DNA of 64,000 bases, taken from positions 1 to 64,000 of the forward strand of contig JBEKDF010000013.1 in NCBI GenBank assembly GCA_050014495.1. Reading direction: 5' to 3'. Shown piece by piece: positions 21,925 through 30,692 of the stretch. Each line of letters starts with the position of its first letter. Position 1 is the first letter of the stretch. This DNA comes from Candidatus Bathyarchaeia archaeon. Its GTDB lineage: Archaea > Thermoproteota > Bathyarchaeia > TCS64. Both the position numbers and the translations under genes were made by a program. The notes under the pieces were generated by a model that saw only the letters and a program-made list of their open reading frames with translations, made no database searches and had not been told where the DNA came from.

Positions 21925-23050
21925 CGTCCCAGGGCATCTGGTTTAGTATAACGGGATCTCCCTTCGTGACAAGGACTATGTCCTCGACATGACTCCTCAT
22001 CCCAAGCTTCGAGTCAACCCTGATGGGCTCATATGTGAGTGTCATCCCAGCCTTGAGTGGCAGTGCATCTGTTTCTATGGAGCCAAAATTTGTCGCGAAT
22101 GGCATGGTGTAATCATGAACATCTAGACCTATCTGGTGGCCACTACGTGGAGTGGGCTCGAAACCCAGCTCTTCGTGGAGTGTGTTGGCATATCGGAGGA
22201 CCTCATTGCCCGAGACACCCTCTCGAATATGCTTGATCCCCTCCCTCTGAACCGCGACAACCCGATCCAAAAAGTCCTTCGCGTCAGCATCCAATGTTAC
22301 TGGCCAAGTTCTTCCCATATCGCTGCAGTAACCTGACTCCACACGGACACCTACATCTACACTGATCAGGTCATTATGCTTCACCACACCGTAGGGCCTC
22401 CTTGGTCCTCTGCAGAAACTGACACTTGAGTCAAAGCTATGGTCGAGGGCTCCGAGCTCAATTAGTCGAGCGTCTAAACGCTTCTTCAGCTTCCATGTAT
22501 CAGCGCCCGGGATGGCTCCCTGAATGAGCTCGTAGACGGCATTCTCAGTGATGTTGATGGCTCGCCTCATCTCTGAGACCTCGTACTCATCCTTGATACT
22601 CCGCATTGTGAAGATGTGGTCGCTGAGATCCTTCTTGGGATCAATCTTGATATGAATAGTGTCGGTGAGTGTGTATGCGAACTGGCTGCTCATTGTGCTG
22701 AGGTCGAAACAGACTCTGTCGGGGTTATAGCCAGTTAGGGCAACCTGAGTACCTCTCATGTGATGGCCCTTCTCCTGCCTCACCGCCACTACCTTAGTAT
22801 ACTTTCCGCTCTCATCAGCAGCCTTCGCACCCCAGTGGGGGCAGACTAAGGTGACATCCCCGTTGACTCCAAGGACCAGAGTCTGGTGCTCGTCCCCGAT
22901 CCCATCTGGACATAGATAGATGAAGTTACCCGGATTCTGATTCACCACCTCATTTAGGAGGACAATCGTCTCAAATCCCCTGCGCTCAACCTCTCTAAGG
23001 AGTTCCTTTCTCCTTCTCGCCAACGATTCCTCCTGGTTCAAGTGGTTCAC
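21914..23050 (-). CDS. M24 metallopeptidase (Xaa-Pro aminopeptidase-like)
   Basis: DVG, YCSDMGRT, GHQIGLDVHD, TYEP, VEDIVLVT ligands. Confidence 0.92.
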   Translation of the reverse strand: MNHLNQEESLARRRKELLREVERRGFETIVLLNEVVNQNPGNFIYLCPDGIGDEHQTLVLGVNGDVTLVCPHWGAKAADESGKYTKVVAVRQEKGHHMRGTQVALTGYNPDRVCFDLSTMSSQFAYTLTDTIHIKIDPKKDLSDHIFTMRSIKDEYEVSEMRRAINITENAVYELIQGAIPGADTWKLKKRLDARLIELGALDHSFDSSVSFCRGPRRPYGVVKHNDLISVDVGVRVESGYCSDMGRTWPVTLDADAKDFLDRVVAVQREGIKHIREGVSGNEVLRYANTLHEELGFEPTPRSGHQIGLDVHDYTMPFATNFGSIETDALPLKAGMTLTYEPIRVDSKLGMRSHVEDIVLVTKGDPVILNQMPWDVVF

Positions 23051-23155
23051 TCAAGTGTCTAGAGTCGTGACCTGTGGATATGGCTTTTCCCCCCACCTTA
23101 ATAGGCTTGTTCGACCCCCACAAGTTTATTATCCGATGTAAGGGCTACCGTCTCC

Positions 23156-24319
23156 ATGAACAGGGACCTCGTGACCTTCGGTCTCCTCGGGGCGGCCCAC
23201 TCACTAAACCACAGCCTTTTCCTTGTTCTCCCACCACTCCTCGGAAACATAGCCCAGAACCTAGGTGTCAGCTTCCAAACCCTCGGCTTAGTTGCCACAG
23301 CCACTTACTTCATCTACGGCACTGGAGCGCTCGCGGGTGGTCCACTCTCAGACATTATCGGGAGTGTCAAGGTCGCGAGGATAAGCATAGGCCTCGCCGG
23401 TATTTCCAGCCTCCTCTTCCTAATCTGCAGGGAGATATACACCTTCTCAGCTGCCATGTTTCTTATGGCGATCTGGGCGAGCTTCTACCACCCGACAGCA
23501 AACAAACTCATTGCCCAAGCGTTCCCCTCCAAGACGGGAAACGCGATGGGGATACACAATGCAGCGGGGAACGCTGGCCAAGTATTAACACCCACAATAG
23601 CATTCCTCCTCGGCGTAGCCATAGACTGGCGATTCAGCTTCATCTTCTTCGGCCTGCTCAGCATCGGAACAGCCTACTTCATGAATAGGATCACAATCCA
23701 GGACGATGCCCCTAGCTCTGAGAGGAAGATCGCAATCGGAGAGTTCTTGAGGATACCAAATTTCTGGCAGATCCTACTCTTCAACGCCCTCGTCGGATTC
23801 ATATTTAGGGGCGTCGAGGTCTACTTCCCCACATTCCTCAGTCTCGGTCAGGGGTATACTGGTGAATTCGCGGCAATCGGGAGCTCGCTTATCCTACTCT
23901 TCGGGGTAGCTGGACAACTCATCGGCGGTAGAGGGTCAGATAAGGTTGGCCCCACGAAGATCCTTCTAGGCGCAGTCGTCGGTATACTTCTGAGCCTGTT
24001 CGTGTTACTACTTATTCCTACAAGTTACCCGGTTGTCATCGCCTTCACGTTGATCTACGGAGTCGCCGTCTTCGCCCATCAGCCATCGATGACCAGCCTC
24101 GTCAGTAGCGTTACTCCTAGGCACCTAATGGGTTTAAGCTACGGCGTCATGTTCTTCTTCAGCTTCGGCCTTGGCTCGGTGGCTGCATTCATTCTGGGGT
24201 GGCTAACAGATAGCTATGGAGTGGTCTTCGCCTTCTGGTCAAACACGATTGTGGCAGTAGCCCTCCTTGGCATTACACTCCTGATCTACAGGACATTTGG
24301 TAAGACTAATTCCGTGTGA
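23156..24319 (+). CDS. MFS transporter
   Basis: 12-TM pattern, GGPLSDIIG / GGRGSDKVG motif A variants, YHP motif. Confidence 0.9.
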   Translation: MNRDLVTFGLLGAAHSLNHSLFLVLPPLLGNIAQNLGVSFQTLGLVATATYFIYGTGALAGGPLSDIIGSVKVARISIGLAGISSLLFLICREIYTFSAAMFLMAIWASFYHPTANKLIAQAFPSKTGNAMGIHNAAGNAGQVLTPTIAFLLGVAIDWRFSFIFFGLLSIGTAYFMNRITIQDDAPSSERKIAIGEFLRIPNFWQILLFNALVGFIFRGVEVYFPTFLSLGQGYTGEFAAIGSSLILLFGVAGQLIGGRGSDKVGPTKILLGAVVGILLSLFVLLLIPTSYPVVIAFTLIYGVAVFAHQPSMTSLVSSVTPRHLMGLSYGVMFFFSFGLGSVAAFILGWLTDSYGVVFAFWSNTIVAVALLGITLLIYRTFGKTNSV

Positions 24320-24827
24320 GGTAGCTCAGGACGCTAGCGATGGTCTTCGCGTCCTCAATCATGTTCTCCTCCATCATCTCCAAAAGCTCCTCGGGACCAT
24401 ATAATTCGAGGCTTATACTCTCATCCTCCTCCGTGCTCTGCTCCCCAGCCTTTAACGCAGTCGCGAAAAAAAGATGGATGACTTCATTGCTATAACCAGG
24501 CGCCATGTACATGGAGAGGATCTTCTTCATAGAACCTGCTGTATAGCCCGTCTCCTCCTTTAGTTCACGACGGGCGCACGTATCGGGGGCTTCGTCCTTC
24601 TCGAGTGTCCCAGCCGGGATCTCGAGAAGCTCCTTACCAGCGGAGTAGCGAAACTGTCTAACTAGGAGGATTCTGCCATCGTCGAGGACAGGGACGATTG
24701 CAACTGCTCCCGGATGGTCTACGATATCTCTTATGGTCCTCTTTCCGTTTTGAAGCTGGACCTCATCGGTCTTGAAGCTGAAGTTCCTGCCCTGATGAAG
24801 GATTCGAGAGGTTAGGGTCTTCTCCAT
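24306..24827 (-). CDS. NUDIX hydrolase, ADP-ribose pyrophosphatase-like
   Basis: HPGAVAI, QFRY, Nudix box GTLEKDEAPDTCARRELKEETG, DAKT. Confidence 0.93.
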   Translation of the reverse strand: MEKTLTSRILHQGRNFSFKTDEVQLQNGKRTIRDIVDHPGAVAIVPVLDDGRILLVRQFRYSAGKELLEIPAGTLEKDEAPDTCARRELKEETGYTAGSMKKILSMYMAPGYSNEVIHLFFATALKAGEQSTEEDESISLELYGPEELLEMMEENMIEDAKTIASVLSYLTRN

Positions 24828-24923
24828 TTCATTATAAATGGCATTCTTGGGGTTATGAAGATGTCCGTGTGGGCTTAATCGTTTTTAGGACTATCGCTGG
24901 GAGGTTGAAATAATCAATGAGGT

Positions 24924-25736
24924 ATGAATAGTAAGAGGATAATCATGAGGAGCAGCGGTGGAGCCCATCACAACAGAATCATCAAGGAGGAGTTCTCCAG
25001 ACAATCGGGTACAATGCGAGAGGCAAAGGTGTTCACCGATATAGAAGTCATCAACAAAATCGATTCGGAGGTCACCCGCAACGGTGGAGGGATCAAGGTC
25101 CTCGATATCGGCTGTGGTCCAGGCATACTTACAGTCACACTCGCACCACTCGTAGAGGAGATCGTAGGCCTCGACCTCACACCCGACATGATCACCCGAG
25201 CCCGGAGTAGGTCAAATGAACTCGGGCTAACAAATGTCAGCTTCATGCAGGGAAGTGCAGATAACCTTCCCTTCGCAAGCAACTACTTTGACATAGTCGT
25301 AACGCGACTGTTGCTCCACCACCTTCTATCTCCCTCTAGAGCCATTGAGGAGATGACACGTGTACTTAGGGTGGGCGGATTGGTTGTCGTAGCTGACATT
25401 GTCTCCTCGAAGAATAAGGAAGAAGCAGAGATTCACAACGCGCTGGAGACTCTACGCGACCCGAGCCATGTCAGGGCCCTCTCTGAGAAGGAGTTGGAGG
25501 CGTTGCTAAATTCAGGTGGACTTAGGGTAATCGCCAAGGACAGTTGGGTGAATGAGAGGGAGTTCGGGGAGTGGATCAGGATAACGAACGCACCCGAGAG
25601 AGAGTGGTCCCTCCTCGTTGTCATGAGGACACTAGCGGAGGCGGGAATCACTGCGGGAGTCAACCTCAGAGTTGAAGGAGGCAATGTAAAATTTGACCAC
25701 AGGTGGGTACTCGTTGCCGCTGAGAAAAAAAGCTAG
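24924..25736 (+). CDS. Class I SAM-dependent methyltransferase (UbiE-like)
   Basis: VLDIGCGPG, LPFASNYFDIV, RDPSHVR. Confidence 0.92.
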   Translation: MNSKRIIMRSSGGAHHNRIIKEEFSRQSGTMREAKVFTDIEVINKIDSEVTRNGGGIKVLDIGCGPGILTVTLAPLVEEIVGLDLTPDMITRARSRSNELGLTNVSFMQGSADNLPFASNYFDIVVTRLLLHHLLSPSRAIEEMTRVLRVGGLVVVADIVSSKNKEEAEIHNALETLRDPSHVRALSEKELEALLNSGGLRVIAKDSWVNEREFGEWIRITNAPEREWSLLVVMRTLAEAGITAGVNLRVEGGNVKFDHRWVLVAAEKKS

Positions 25737-25744
25737 CAACTGAA

Positions 25745-26965
25745 CTATTCTTCCAACAGGGCTACGGGTTCGCCATCCTTCAGATAGATTCGAGGGGTAT
25801 GAGGATTGAGGTGGTTGAGGACGCTATAGGTCATCCAACCAGCTGTCTCAGCGAACTTGCTCAATGTATTCTCACCGGTGCATCCAATTAACTCGATGAC
25901 GTCACCCTGCTTAGCCTCCAGACCTCGTAGATCGACTAAAATGTGATTGAGGCTTATCGAACCGATGGCACTTCGATATTTTCCGTCGACTAGGATGTGT
26001 GCATTATTAGCCATCTCACGGGGGACGCCATCGTAGAATCCAACGTGCACAGTACCAACGGGCATGTCCTCAGGAGCGACGCACTTACCCCAATAGGTGA
26101 CTGAATCGCCTCTACTGATGGTTTTCGTATACTCTATCCGCGCCTTCCAAGAGAGGGCTTGCCTCAGCTTCAAGCCTGAGGAGATGTCCTTAGGTTCTGG
26201 GTAGATACCGTAAAGACTCATGCCGGGTCGGATGATGTCGAGGTGTGCCTCTGGATTGTTGAGGGTCGCGTCGGTGCTGGCGAGGCTCAGTGAGCCGGGG
26301 TCGACACCGGCAGATCGAAGCTTGTCAGCCACGGCCCTGATTCTTGCTATCTGTTGCTCGTCATACTCCGGGTTCTGCATGAGTGTGCTCATGACCCCAT
26401 AGAGATTGATACAAGGAAGCGCCGCTATTTTCTCGATAAGGTCTGGCGCCTCCTCATACCAGACGCCAACACGTCTTAGACCAGTGTCAACCTTAACGAA
26501 AATGCTCGCGGTCTTATTCATCCTCTCCGCTGCCTCACTCAACTTCTCCGCTGCGTCAAGTGTGTAGACAACCTGAGTCACACCCTTCTCAACACTTATC
26601 TTATACTGATCTATTGTCCAGAGGGGGTCCATGTTTACAACTTGTAGGCCGGTGGCCTCCCTGATCTGGATTGCCTCACGAGTCTTGGCGACGAGGACAC
26701 GTTTGATACCATTGTCCTCGAGGTGAGTCGCTACTGGGAGGATGCCATGGCCATAGGCATTATTCTTGACACATGGCATCACCTCGGCCTTAGTGTGTCT
26801 CCTAATCTCAGTGAGGTTGTTTGTGACGGAATCGAGGTCGATCTCGAGCCAGCTTCCATAGCCCTCCATTCTTCTCCTTATTTCAGCGGGCTTGAGCTGC
26901 ATCGACCAGTAAGAGTGAGGCATAGCTCCTTCTTCTTGGCCATTCTGTATAAGCGTGTTGCTCAC
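25745..26965 (-). CDS. alr: Alanine racemase family (PLP, fold type III)
   Basis: WLEIDL, PLP-Lys motif VKNNAYGHG, KVDTGLRRVG, IRPGMSLYG, second base Tyr in VTYW, GFYDG. Confidence 0.88.
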   Translation of the reverse strand: MSNTLIQNGQEEGAMPHSYWSMQLKPAEIRRRMEGYGSWLEIDLDSVTNNLTEIRRHTKAEVMPCVKNNAYGHGILPVATHLEDNGIKRVLVAKTREAIQIREATGLQVVNMDPLWTIDQYKISVEKGVTQVVYTLDAAEKLSEAAERMNKTASIFVKVDTGLRRVGVWYEEAPDLIEKIAALPCINLYGVMSTLMQNPEYDEQQIARIRAVADKLRSAGVDPGSLSLASTDATLNNPEAHLDIIRPGMSLYGIYPEPKDISSGLKLRQALSWKARIEYTKTISRGDSVTYWGKCVAPEDMPVGTVHVGFYDGVPREMANNAHILVDGKYRSAIGSISLNHILVDLRGLEAKQGDVIELIGCTGENTLSKFAETAGWMTYSVLNHLNPHTPRIYLKDGEPVALLEE

Positions 26966-27114
26966 TCAAGAAAATATTCATTTTGTTACGTTATAGATCT
27001 CTAATAACGCCACAAGCACTGTTCTAGGGATTTACCTCTAAGAATTTTTGAGAGATATTCAATTTTATATTATAACCTCGCACAGTGTTTTAACCCTCAT
27101 TAATAGGTACACAG

Positions 27115-27558
27115 ATGTATAATAGGGGAAGACGAGACTCATCAGGTGTAGGTTTGTTGGGAAACAGACCCGCGGGAGCCAATAGAGCATTATCCAATGG
27201 ATCACTCTGTCTAGACAGGAATTGCGTTACATGCTGCCTCGAAACCGAGATGCCTCTGACCGAGGATGATATGAAGAGAATCGAGAAGCTAGGCTTCAAA
27301 CGATTAGAGTTCACAGTCGAGGTCGAGGGAGAGACCCGTCTCTTAAACGTTAACGGGACTTGTTTCTTTCTCAAAGACGGCAGATGCAAGATATACGTTG
27401 ACCGCCCGGAGGGTTGCAGGATTTACCCACTAGTCTACGACGTCGAAACACACAAGTTCGTCTATGACAAGGTGTGTCCACACTACTCCGAATTCAAGGC
27501 GACGAGAGAGGACAAAGATAGGCTTAAGCGACTCATAAGGAAGATAGAACATTTTTAG
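27115..27558 (+). CDS. YkgJ/FliB-family cysteine-cluster protein; integration target with altered C-terminus
   Basis: CxxCC, CFFL..C.IY..RP..CRIYP..CP motif. Contains the att core at 27535-27543. Start uncertain. Confidence 0.88.
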   Translation: MYNRGRRDSSGVGLLGNRPAGANRALSNGSLCLDRNCVTCCLETEMPLTEDDMKRIEKLGFKRLEFTVEVEGETRLLNVNGTCFFLKDGRCKIYVDRPEGCRIYPLVYDVETHKFVYDKVCPHYSEFKATREDKDRLKRLIRKIEHF

Positions 27559-27559
27559 G
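27534..27559. repeat. attL: spacer CATAAGGA plus element arm AGATAGAACATTTTTAGG
   Basis: Arm 27542-27559 matches the reverse complement of 37231-37248 at 15/18 positions. Confidence 0.85.
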
Positions 27560-27604
27560 TATAAACTTATAAAGAACTACAAACCAGTTAAACCCAGAAC
27601 AAAT

Positions 27605-28897
27605 ATGAGAACAACAGAGGAAAGGGAAACAGAAAACAGAAAAGTCGTTTACGACTTGATGATAAGCAAACAGGTTAAAGAGAACAATTCTAAAAAAATT
27701 GCAAAGGCTGTTAATCTATACTGCCTTTACAGAAACACAACACCTGAAAGCCTACTCTCAGAGGCAAAGGCTGATTTTGATAAAACTCAGAAAGAACTTG
27801 TAAACTATTACGAACAACTAAAAACAGAGGTTTTAGAAAGCACCGCCAAGGAAAGGGTTTACTCAAAAATCACAAGTTTCTATACTCACTCAGGTTTTAG
27901 GTTTCCTTTACATTTCACGCCAAAGATCAACAAGTTAAGCCAAGCTATACAGGCAGATCGTGATCACGAATTCCTAAAGTTGAACAAAGAAGAATCAGAA
28001 ACCTTTATCGATAAAACCGAATTAAGGAAATTTTTAAACTCACTATCACCAAGGGATCGATCCATCGGTTTGGCGATGCTTTCAAGTTCACAGGACTCAG
28101 GCGATATTTTCAGACTCACAGTAGGACAATTTAAAACAGGATGCAAAATGAATGGCACAGGGATAAGGTTTTTCTGGGATAACAACAGAGTTAAAACAAG
28201 TGAAAGGTTTCAAAGTTTTTTCAGTGTTGAGGCAACTGAGGCAGTAAATCAATACTTAGAAACTGAAAGGATCGGTGCTTTAGAAACAGAACCACTCTTT
28301 ACGATAAACGCAACTATTATAGACAAAAAAACAAAAAAGAAAATAACAAAAATAGTAGCGATGCAACCCGAACATCTACATAAGGCTTATTCATACACCG
28401 CCAAACAGATCGGTATAGTCTGGGATTCTGCCAAATTTCAGAATCCTTTTCGACCAAAGCGGTTAAGACACTATTTCTTAACTTGTGCATCAAAGGCAGG
28501 AATAGACGAAATATTCCAAAACATATTAACAGGACACACCTTAACAATAGGACAATCTTACGTTGAAAATAGGGCAGACTTAGAAATTATTTACAAAAGG
28601 ATCGAACCCTACCTTACTATTTTTGGAAACGTTGAACAACTAACCAAGGCAGTTAAGACCATCGCAGATGTTGAGGACATAGTAAAACAGCAAAACGACT
28701 TAATCAGAGACTTAAAGATCGACAGACTTGAGACAAAGGCAGACCTTGAGGAAATGAAAAAGAAAAACACAGCGTTAGATCAGACAGTCTCAATAATGAA
28801 AGACGAATTTGAAAAGGCTTACGCAGAATTTAGAGAAGAAAGGGATCGGATGAGAAAAGCAAACGAACTTAAAGATCAGAAAGAAGCACCACAATAA
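27605..28897 (+). CDS. Tyrosine recombinase/integrase with C-terminal coiled coil
   Basis: PRDRSIGLAMLSS, RVKT, PKRLRH, LTGH, QSY; adjacent to attL. Box I Arg position reads Asp (SSQDSGDI). Confidence 0.85.
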   Translation: MRTTEERETENRKVVYDLMISKQVKENNSKKIAKAVNLYCLYRNTTPESLLSEAKADFDKTQKELVNYYEQLKTEVLESTAKERVYSKITSFYTHSGFRFPLHFTPKINKLSQAIQADRDHEFLKLNKEESETFIDKTELRKFLNSLSPRDRSIGLAMLSSSQDSGDIFRLTVGQFKTGCKMNGTGIRFFWDNNRVKTSERFQSFFSVEATEAVNQYLETERIGALETEPLFTINATIIDKKTKKKITKIVAMQPEHLHKAYSYTAKQIGIVWDSAKFQNPFRPKRLRHYFLTCASKAGIDEIFQNILTGHTLTIGQSYVENRADLEIIYKRIEPYLTIFGNVEQLTKAVKTIADVEDIVKQQNDLIRDLKIDRLETKADLEEMKKKNTALDQTVSIMKDEFEKAYAEFREERDRMRKANELKDQKEAPQ

Positions 28898-28973
28898 ACC
28901 ACCAAACATATTTAAGGGTTAGTTTACAATATATATATTGATTAAATATGTGTGTAAAACACGGTGATCAAAA

Positions 28974-29447
28974 ATGGTAGGAAAAGGATTTCTAAGTAGT
29001 ATAAAACAAAAGGTTGAATATGCAAAGAAATCTTATCAAATTGCAAAGAAAGACTATACTATTGCACAACTGGAATACAACAAAGTAAAGCAAAAATACG
29101 AAAACGCTAAGGAAAAAGGATCAGCAAAAGAAGAAGAGTATAAAAAACAGTACATTAAAGTTAAGAAACAATTCGGTTTAGCAAAGGAAAAATATGGAAA
29201 AATTAAAGAAAAAACGCCGGATTGGATACTATCCAAGCCAAAACCAGCCAATAAACAACCAGAGAAACAACTAGCAAAGACGCCGCCGAATATGCAACAA
29301 GCAAAAACAAAACCGCCAATAAGCAAAGCGGATAAAGGTTTTGGCGAAGAACTTCCCAGCGACGGGTGGACCTTCGGACCCAAGTCTATCCCGGACTTCG
29401 GCAAAATAGCAGAGCCATTTGATAAGACTAAAAAGAAAAAGGATTGA
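28974..29447 (+). CDS. Lysine-rich hypothetical protein
   Basis: 157-aa ORF, GGTGA SD-like sequence upstream. Confidence 0.7.
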   Translation: MVGKGFLSSIKQKVEYAKKSYQIAKKDYTIAQLEYNKVKQKYENAKEKGSAKEEEYKKQYIKVKKQFGLAKEKYGKIKEKTPDWILSKPKPANKQPEKQLAKTPPNMQQAKTKPPISKADKGFGEELPSDGWTFGPKSIPDFGKIAEPFDKTKKKKD

Positions 29448-29692
29448 TATATATGGCATATAGAACAAAAATTGAAAAATTAACGACTGATCCGATGACG
29501 GCGGTAAGAAAGCATAATTTCGATATAGCAATGAAAAACTTTCAAGATCATTTAGCAAAGACACAATTAACAAAGAAGCAAATGATGGATATAAAGAACA
29601 AGAAAAGTATCAAATTACCAATTACTCATCTAGTGCCCACAAATAAGAAAATATCCAAAACTAAGAAGAAAAGCAAGAAGGTGAAAAAATGA
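29444..29692 (+). CDS. Small basic hypothetical protein
   Basis: 82-aa K-rich ORF coupled to its neighbours. Confidence 0.6.
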   Translation: MIYMAYRTKIEKLTTDPMTAVRKHNFDIAMKNFQDHLAKTQLTKKQMMDIKNKKSIKLPITHLVPTNKKISKTKKKSKKVKK

Positions 29693-29853
29693 TAGATTAT
29701 TCTAATATGTCTAAACAGGAATTGAGAAATTCAATACAGATAAAAATTAAAAATGTAAAACAGTTTAAGTCCGAATTGCGTGATGCAGAAAGAGACTTAG
29801 AAAGAGCAAGAAAAGCGTGCAAGAAAGCAAAGAATACAGAATCAATTTGGTAA
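29689..29853 (+). CDS. Small basic coiled-coil protein (54 aa), absent from the ORF track
   Basis: ATGA overlap with the previous stop, GGTGA upstream; MIDYSNMSKQELRNSIQIKIKNVKQFKSELRDAERDLERARKACKKAKNTESIW. Confidence 0.6.
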   Translation: MIDYSNMSKQELRNSIQIKIKNVKQFKSELRDAERDLERARKACKKAKNTESIW

Positions 29854-30118
29854 AATAAAGCCAAATATTTATAAGCAATCCATTTATATTATTTATTTGA
29901 GTAGAACCCAGTTAATTAACCTTCTCTGATTCTATTCAGTGTCCGCCAAGACAAAACCAAAAGGTGGATCGGGAAAAACAAACCCGATCTACCTAATTTT
30001 TATCACTATTGAAATGTATTGAAATATTGATATAGTATTTAAAGCGATATGTAGTCTCTGTGCATATCGATGTGGTAACATATATAAGGATTTGAATTAG
30101 TAATATATATTGATAATT

Positions 30119-30265
30119 ATGTCTCAAGAAGATTATCCAGAAGAAATTAGGTCTTATACAAGAACAGGTTGCCCTTTCAATACTAGTGATAGGCGTAAAT
30201 ATAATCACTGGTATCACTATAAAATCCGAAAGCCACAAATAGCCAATAAACAAAAGGTGGTATAA
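30119..30265 (+). CDS. Small hypothetical protein (48 aa), absent from the ORF track
   Basis: MSQEDYPEEIRSYTRTGCPFNTSDRRKYNHWYHYKIRKPQIANKQKVV; TATA-like TATATAA upstream. Confidence 0.5.
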   Translation: MSQEDYPEEIRSYTRTGCPFNTSDRRKYNHWYHYKIRKPQIANKQKVV

Positions 30266-30327
30266 AAACGGAAAAAGTAGATATTGAGATTGAAACACTC
30301 AAAAAACTTGAAATATCAAAACAAGAT

Positions 30328-30546
30328 ATGATAGAATTTGTTAAAGAGTGTCAAGGTACAGATGAACAAATTAATGATCACGTTTTACAAAATTTAACCT
30401 ATTTCACTATATATGGTAGTCATAAATGTGGCAAATTAGAACTGAATCAACCAAGAATGAAACTATTCAACGCTTTTTATAATTATAATCGCAAACTGGA
30501 AAATGAATTAAACAAACTCAGCAAACGATATCGCAGGATAGAATAG
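30328..30546 (+). CDS. Hypothetical protein
   Basis: 72-aa ORF; frame stays open upstream to ~30250. Confidence 0.55.
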   Translation: MIEFVKECQGTDEQINDHVLQNLTYFTIYGSHKCGKLELNQPRMKLFNAFYNYNRKLENELNKLSKRYRRIE

Positions 30547-30692
30547 TGAAAAAGGAAAAATAAAATTGTCTAATCCTATAAGAAAAATAGAAAAGAGATT
30601 AACCGATAGTGAGCTTGATAAGAAAATATCAGAGCTTTATAAGAGTGAAAAAATATTAAAGACTAGAAAACACTGGTTGTGAATATGAGAAA

